The notes beneath the pieces were generated by a model. The model was given only the letters and a program-made list of their open reading frames with translations, searched no databases and was not told where the DNA came from. Position numbers and translations under genes: made by a program. From Vicugna vicugna (lineage: Eukaryota), in assembly GCA_013265495.1 (NCBI GenBank), contig MU058418.1, forward strand, positions 2,937,491 to 3,001,490: a stretch of 64,000 nt of DNA. The letters run 5' to 3'. This document shows, piece by piece, positions 56,366 through 64,000 of this stretch; within the stretch, counting starts at the first letter, position 1, and each line of letters begins with the position of its first letter.

Positions 56366-58441
56366 ATAGTCACACAAGTATTAACCACAAAAGTTTAAAA
56401 TAACAAAGGTAATAAATTTGAAGGTTGAGATGGGAAAAGGAAAAACAGGATAGTGAGATATCACAAAATTGCTCAGCTTTTCTAACAGAAAATCAACAGA
56501 AACTGCCAACAAAGTTGATAAATCAAGACACAGAATTATACACATTAAAGTTACAATGGTAAGCACGAGCAACACTTAGAAACAGTCAACACTGGTAACC
56601 TCTAAGAAGTGAAGGAGGCTTGGGAGCAAGTAAGAAGGTAGGCTTTTAGTTTTCATTTCACGTACAATTGTACTGTAGTTTTTTTAATCATGTGCAACTA
56701 TGATTTGATAAACTTTAATAGCATAAAAATAAAAATATTTCTCCTTTGGTACAAATATGCTATGAACATGAAAAGACTGCTGAGAAATTAGTTAATAGAA
56801 CTCTGGCTTTCAAATTATATAAGTCTTCAGAAAGAAAAGAGGGTCAATGTTTTTTTAATTTGTACCAAAATCCAAAACACTAAGATTCACTCAGTGTTTA
56901 AGTCACTCAAAAGGCAAATATAAATGTAAAATGGAAAGGGGAAGAGAAAGCTAACTTTTCCAAAAAACAACAGTTTGTGCCTCAAACTGTTTGGTTCTTT
57001 CACCAGTGAGCTTATTTAACAATCATAACAAAAATAACTTTCCTACAGGAAGAAGCAACTAACCCACAAATGAGACAAAAAGTTTTACCTCTTTTTTCCA
57101 GCAACCAATGACTTACCTTTCTGTCCAATGTAAATATCTATAAATATCTGCAGAACAGTCTGCCATGACAGGGCTTTGATGTATGGTGACAGAACAACAA
57201 AACAAAGTTAGCTGGCCTACTTGGTAATTAAATGCATATCCTGATCACATTCAGCTTAGTAACTGAGATCAACCACAAAGTCTCACTGAAATAATACATT
57301 TAAATAGAAAATACACAACAGGTTTAAAACCTCTTTAAGGAGGCTGTGTATTTCCTTTAGAAAGGCTCATTCTATTAGAAATTGAAGGTATTTTGTAAAT
57401 TATTTGAGGAGTTTACAGGGTTTTATTTCCTTTTGATCCATCATTCACTTCTATACGTATAAGAACTCAAACCCTCAATAAAACACTACTGCTGCACACT
57501 TGTATCCTGAATTACATCCTGTCTTCTCTCTCGAGACTCTCTTTTATCCTGCACAATGCATGCTCAAAATGGCTATTACAGGAAGTGTTGCATTATCAGC
57601 TATTTATAAATGGACAAAAATCTTTAAATAGCTCTGTCAACTACCTCTTTATGGTTCTAGACCTAAAAAACTACCTGTTTTTAAGGAAATATTCATGTCA
57701 GTAATTCAAAATATTAAAATGCTCTTTGAAAAAAAAGTCTTGTCCCTTTGTTTTGGAATCCAAAAGCAGCACTAAATTATATAGTCACATCATCACAAGA
57801 AAATGAACAAGTTGATCTTTAAAAACACACTAGTCAAATATTCTAATCATTTACCAACGAGAAAATTCCAAATTGTAATATACTGCCTTAAAGTCCTCTA
57901 TATTGGTCTAACCCTCACTACACTACTTGAGCATTTTGCAAAATAAATACACAATTTAATATCACATCCAGTTCAAAAATATAGTATGCAAAAGTAAAAA
58001 CTCTTAATTCATCAGTATTGACATTCACTGTATTAAAAAAAAACTTTCCACTGACCTATTTTTTTGCCTATCTGAAACTCAGACAAGCCTTTCCCATTCT
58101 GCTAAAACAGTAATTTGCATTTCCTATGCAAACTAATAATTTAGAACTTATTTTTATTCATTAATAATTATTATTTTTAAAGCCTTAATATTTCCCTTCC
58201 TGATTCTCAGCCCGTCTCTAGTCCTTAGAGATTTATATCTGGTACATCACCATATTTGTCAAATCATTTCAAGCCATTACTTTCAAAGGTAAGGAGCTTC
58301 TAGAAACTTAACTTACAGTGATACTAATATGCACAAAAATACCATACCTACTAAGATATTCACCACACTGTACTAGCAAAAGACTGGAGAGAGCCTAAAT
58401 GTCCATCAAGAGGGGTAGTTAAATAAATTATGTAAGTCAAT

Positions 58442-58598
58442 GGTGGGTGGAAGGATATAGCTCAAGTAATAGAGCACATGCTTAGCATTCACAGGGTCCT
58501 GTGTTCAACAGCCAGTAAAAACTTCCTCTAAAGATAAATAAACCTAACTACCCACCCCAAACAAACAAACAAAAATAAAAAGTAAAAAAATTAAAAAT
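58442..58598 (+). mobile_element. Diverged Vic-1-like SINE inserted in an old L1M fragment
   Basis: gatatagctcaagtaatagagcacatgcttagc...gtcctgtgttcaa. Near-TSD aataaattatgtaagtcaat (58422) / aataaattattgaagtcaat (58599). Confidence 0.85.
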
Positions 58599-59290
58599 AA
58601 TAAATTATTGAAGTCAATACAATGAAATATAATGGAACTATTATAAGGAACTAGGTATCTCTCTGTACATGTGTAATGATCTTCAAGTTATACAGCTAAA
58701 AAGTATAAATAAGAAAGTATACAGCACACTACCATTTATCATTAAACACACGTACCCCCAAAAAAAATTTCTCTAAAATGAAAAACCAAGAATGAACGCC
58801 TCTAGAAAGGGAAAAGGGAAGATTTACATACATTGTGTATCTTTTTATGCACATGCACTTACTACTTGTTAAACACATATACTTACTAAACACATTACAA
58901 ATAAAATACTTTTTTAAATAATCAAATATCCTCAATTTCATTCACAATTTGACATCTTTTCAAGTATTGGTTTGCTTTATCAAACTATTTCAGCCTCAAA
59001 TTTTCTCCTATAACTTGAAAGAAAAAACACAGGCTTTCCTATTTTATTTGTCTACACCATCACATACACATTTTTATTAAAAGGTCACTTCACGGACTTA
59101 AGAATTGTGTTGTTAAGCCATTTGTTCCAAAAACTAAACCTGTGAAGTCCAATATCATAGCTACTAGCCAGCTTCTTGGTCACATTAATTGTGTTTATTG
59201 AGCCACATGTGAGTAATGGCTGACATACTGGACAGCATACATGCATTTTAATCACTGCAGAAAGTCCTATTGGACATCACTGCTCTAGAC

Positions 59291-59521
59291 TAAGGGCTGG
59301 CAAACTATAGACTGTGGGCCAAATCCAGGACCAAATCTAGCACACCACTGTTTTCTCCTATTGGAACACAGTCGTCCTAACTTATATTCATTTGTACATT
59401 GTCTGTGGATACTTTGGCACTGCAACAGAAGATTCAAGTAATTGTGACACAGACGGTATGTCCCACAAAACCTAAAATATTTAGTATCTGCCTCTTTAAA
59501 GAAAAAGTTTGTCAACCACTG
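59291..59521 (+). mobile_element. MER58A-like hAT MITE, full length
   Basis: Imperfect TIRs taagggctggcaaac...gtttgtcaaccactg. 8-bp near-TSD ctctagac (59283) / atctagac (59522). Confidence 0.85.
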
Positions 59522-62500
59522 ATCTAGACAATCAAATTTCACTGAAAAGAACATTTCCCCTGGGCCTCAAAAATAGTTTTGAAAGTTTATAGCGCATAAA
59601 TGAAGAACCAATTAAACATAAGCCAATGTCTACTTGATTTACTAAGTACTAAAAGTACTTGATTTTTTAACATGAACCCACATCAAAAAATTTCCTAAAT
59701 TATGTTTGAACACTGACATTTTCTAAGCATCTCTAAAAAACAGCTGATAAAAGCACAAGACAGATTACTACAGTCAAACAATTTTAAAAGAGCTGATTTA
59801 AGAGAAAAAATGCTCAATAATTCAAAAAATTACCTATGTTCTTTATCAACCTATTAAAAGAAATATATCAACGATCTTGAAAAGCAGCATATAATTTCTT
59901 AGAGCTTACATGCCCAACCCTCTACAAGGTGCTGGAAATAGGATATGACCCATTTGTAGCTAACAGTTTATGGGGCAGGTTAATATTACATAGTGATATT
60001 ATACACATAAGAATAAAGGGGGCAGCAGCACAGATAATGACTACACTATGTGAGTAAGGGAAGGCTTCTGGAAGAAAAGCTATTTGAAATGGGTACTAAA
60101 GTGTGGGTAGGAGTTTGCCAGGTTTGTGGGAGGGGATGGGGAAAGGAATGGCAGAGCAATGTCATTCTAGTTTGAATGTAGAAAAAAGAAAACAAGACAC
60201 GAAGAGGACTTAGAAAATCCTAGAAAATATCAGCAGTTCAATACTACAGAAGCACATGGCTTGAATATACTGAAGAAAAGGAGGAAGGTGGTGGCAGGTG
60301 TAAAGGCTGTGAAGACTAAAGACTTTCAGATTCAAATGCAAATGGCTTCACAGGCCAAACTAAGGAATTAAGATCAGCTGCAACTGTATGAGCCACAGAG
60401 AATCTGAGTTTTCCAAGAAGAGATACGGTATGATTGATTTGATTTGATTTTGTAGGAAAATGACACTAGCAACTTGGATATCGGACTATAGTGAGAAAAA
60501 GACAAATAATGGCAGAGACTAATTCAGCCACTGTACAGATCAGAGATGATGGCTAAAAGTAATGACAGTGAAGATGACGAGAAACCAGATGAAGAGAAGC
60601 AGCTACATAAAGACATAAGGTAGAATCTATAGGCCTGTACTCCTACTGTTTTAAAATGCCCCTTGTATGTGATACTTTCCCTTTTCCTGTTTCCAAGTAC
60701 AGTTGTAGTATCTTTTACATGGAAAATTTTATACAGTAAAATTGCCAAAACTGGAGGCAATATGGTCTTTTTTTTTTTTCCCTCAAGGTACTAGGGGGGA
60801 AAACACATTTAAAAATGCAAAAACAAGAGTCAAAAGATGTAGATTACAGGTTTGTCTTTGGTGAGACTATGTGCATGACAACCTCTTAAAAGCTCTGGTT
60901 TTCTCATCTGTAAAAAGATGAAATTAGACTAGATGATCTAAAACTCTTGAAAGTTCTAAAATTCTATAATCATAGTGATATAGCTTTAATGTTCAGGAGG
61001 TCACCAAAGAAATGCAAATACAATCAACTACTTTAACTACAAACCAAATGTGAAAAATCCATCAAAAACAGGGAGATGCTCTTGTATCTACTACTACTTA
61101 CCTATATGTATCTACATATACCTACTAAATTTATTGTGAAGAATTTGATGACATACATTAAGAGATGCAGTCACCAATTATTACTCATCCGAAACTCTAA
61201 GCCAAAACTGAAACTTTGCAAGATGTCTGTCAGACATTTCACTTTCAGTCACTATCTTTCAAAAACAACTCCAAAAAGGAACATTTTTATTGGAGTGGTT
61301 CAAAAGACTAAATTAATGTCTGCAAGGCTGAACAGTAGTATTGTTAGGTACAACACTTTTCAAACATTAACACTATCCTATGGAATCATGTTTGTCTGAA
61401 CCTCTTATTCACAAAAGAACTTAATATTCCTTTATCAATCGAAACTAGAAGTGTTTCAAACTTGATAAATATGGTCTCGAGATTTGTAAACATACCGTTG
61501 TGTGTGACTTTCTATTAATATTGACAGAAAATATTACAAATTCTTGCTCGTACTAAAAAGTCTAGAAATATTCTAAACTGATTTCTCTTCAAGGATAACT
61601 TTTCAGCCTGATTTTTTTTTTAAGGATAGTTGGGTCAAAAGACTCTCAGAACAAATAATATTTTTATTAAAGGTGACCAAGATGTCAATCTTGTGTTTCA
61701 TTCTGTTAAATATTTATGCAGCATAATTAATATAGCCTAAGTTAAAGCTATATTTCAAGTGATATAACATTCTAAGGTTTTGTAAACTGTAGTATTAAAC
61801 TATAAGCAGAGGCTTTTCTAATGATGTTTTATGTTACATTACTTCTTCCACTGTTTCTTCTGGAGACCCGAACAATTTTCTGGTTATATACTACATTATA
61901 TACACCAGAATAATATTGCCTTAAGGTATTCATGTGACTTCTTTCTTGCTCCCTAAAATAGCACTATACCTTTTTCTGAATTAATCAAAATAAATTCTGG
62001 AAAGAGTTAAAATGTAATTTACTATGACCTGAGTGTAAAATCCTTTACTATTCAAATTTGTGTCATAGTTTAAAACCATCACTAAAAACTTTGTTATTTC
62101 AAACAGCTGGTATCAATGAACATAAAACTAATCCTGCTACCAACCTGCAAGAGATGTATTTACTGTAAAGCCTCAGATCTCAACTAGACTCTAGGTCCAA
62201 GAAAAAAACCTCTATATTGATTTTTCCTACAAGTAGTTTAGTGATTTAAACTAATGCTTTCAGATTCTGCAAGTTTTTTTAAAGCATAACATTTTGAAGA
62301 TACACAAACGGATCTTACTCTACTAAAGAAGTTTTACTAATTCTAATCAAACAAATTTCACTCAAGAAGGAAGTGTATTCAAATCAGGAATTTTATTAGA
62401 GAGGGAAATATTCAAAAGGAACAAACAGAAGTAGGAATTAAATTATCTGTTTTTCTGTTGCAGCCCATGCTATTCAAATACAATTCAGAAGCAGAATTTT

Positions 62501-62984
62501 TAACTTTTCTCCAAAGTTGTCTTCTAAAAAACAACTATTTTAACAACGATAAAATTAAAATACATTTTTCAAACTCAAGACCAAATACATTACAAGTTAG
62601 CATGAGGAGTATGAAAACCACCTCTGATTTGTTTTTTAACACCAACGTTCAAATAGGAACGCTAGATGTGCTTTCCCCAAATATATCTGATAAGATTCCC
62701 ACAGGAACATCAGTATAACAAGTAGGGTGGATATTCCAAAACAAAATACAATTATAGTACTTCACATTTCAAGATACTCATTCAAGGACACCTGGCAATT
62801 ACCTGAGAGAATTATGAGAAAAGTTTACAAACAACTGAATACTAGGGGGCCCATTCAGTTATAACAAGAGAAAAAATTATTTGAATAACAATCTTTTACA
62901 CTTTTATAGAATCTTGTAATTTTCACTATACTTTATGATAGAACTGTTTAAAAAGTTGCGTTTTCTCCTGCCGGTATAAAATCA

Positions 62985-63022
62985 GCGCGCGCGCGCGCAC
63001 ACACACACACACACACACATAC
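62985..63022. repeat. (GC)7(AC)10 alternating purine-pyrimidine tract
   Basis: Direct reading of the sequence. Confidence 0.95.
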
Positions 63023-63099
63023 CCCACCTACTTTGGTCCCAGAGTTCATCAATCAACCATATCAATTACAACAGAGTGCGGAGAACGATAAGCAGCACT

Positions 63100-64000
63100 T
63101 CAGATTTTACTAAAGTCACTGCGGCAGATATTCAGAAATGTTCGCTACGATGCTAAAAACTCTCTTCCACAGTTTGATCGTCTCTTAAGTCTAAGCAGGA
63201 CAGGCAGACGTTCCCGCGATCACTAACTCTGGGGGATGGGAAGTCCTGCCAGGATCTGTCCTGAGGTGAGACTGGTTTAAACCAAGGCGGGGAGCTGGCT
63301 CCACCTGTCCTGGAGTACAAGCCCTTGTGCCCTCCAGGACGAAGACGACGCGTTCTCAATACAACGTCCAGCTCGCCTTCTTCTAAGAGAACAATCAGTA
63401 AGGGCTTCCTAAGGGATTCCTACGGTTCTCCCTCAACTCCCAGGAAAACAAAGGTTCAGGCCCAGCTCTATTCACTTCCATTCCATTCTGGATAATGTAT
63501 GCCCGATAAACCCCAGCACAAAGTCATTTGGCAGAGGATGGAGTGTAAGACATGAGAATATCCAAGGTAGGGGGAAATGAGTTACCCGAACGAACTCTGA
63601 AGTTCTGCAGGTAAAACGCGGTATCTCAGAAGGTCCTACATTCAAGAGAAGGTGCGGAATTGGGAACTGAGATGTGAGAAACCGAAACAGGAGGCGGGTG
63701 AGGAGGGGTCGAGAAGTGATCGGGTAATATGACAGGGACAGGAGGGACTGCGCGGAAGGGCCATTGGGCTGGCCTGCCCCAAGGGCGAAGGTGCCTAGCG
63801 GCTCAGACCCATGAGGCTGGCGAGGACCCAGGCGCTCCGTCGCCCAACGGACTCCTCGGCGAGGTTTCAGACCGCCGCCCCGGGAGGCACTCAGCCGACT
63901 GGAAGTTCCACCACGACCGTCACTAGCCCAGGGCCGGAGAGGCAACTCCTCGGTGGAGCTCTCCCAGCCTTCCGCGTCTCTCCAGGAGACCAGACCCCAC
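63100..64000. promoter_or_regulatory. Edge of CpG island at the CDK19 5' end
   Basis: Abrupt rise in GC and CpG density (e.g. gcgcggaagggcc, ggcgctccgtcgccc, accgccgccccggg) against a CpG-depleted window. Confidence 0.85.

Noticed and set aside
63472..63945. 157-aa minus-strand ORF near the CpG island
   Set aside because: No resemblance to the CDK19 N-terminus or any domain I recognise. Long ORFs are expected by chance in GC-rich DNA.

Overview
AT-rich mammalian genomic DNA, most likely camelid (four Vic-1-like tRNA-derived SINEs). The window lies inside the CDK19 gene on the minus strand. The only confident coding sequence is the 76-bp exon 2 (14915-14990, [25 protein letters not shown]). 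Intron 2 runs off the left edge and intron 1 runs right into a CpG-rich zone (about 63100-64000), with exon 1 presumably just outside the window. The rest is mostly transposon debris: many 5'-truncated L1s (mostly antisense to the gene), L2/MIR, MER58, MER21- and MLT1-type LTRs, and two ERV fragments. The ORF-track entries are L1 ORF2 remnants or chance ORFs. I found no convincing novel multi-gene system. The best leads are a 206-nt exon-like segment in intron 1 that is stop-free in the frame joining exon 2, an ERV piece that ends in an A-rich tail right after its poly(A) signal (possibly L1-mobilised), and an L1 with an apparent 31-nt 3' transduction. Repeat family names come from recalled consensus similarity, not a database search, and repeat boundaries are approximate unless a TSD is given.
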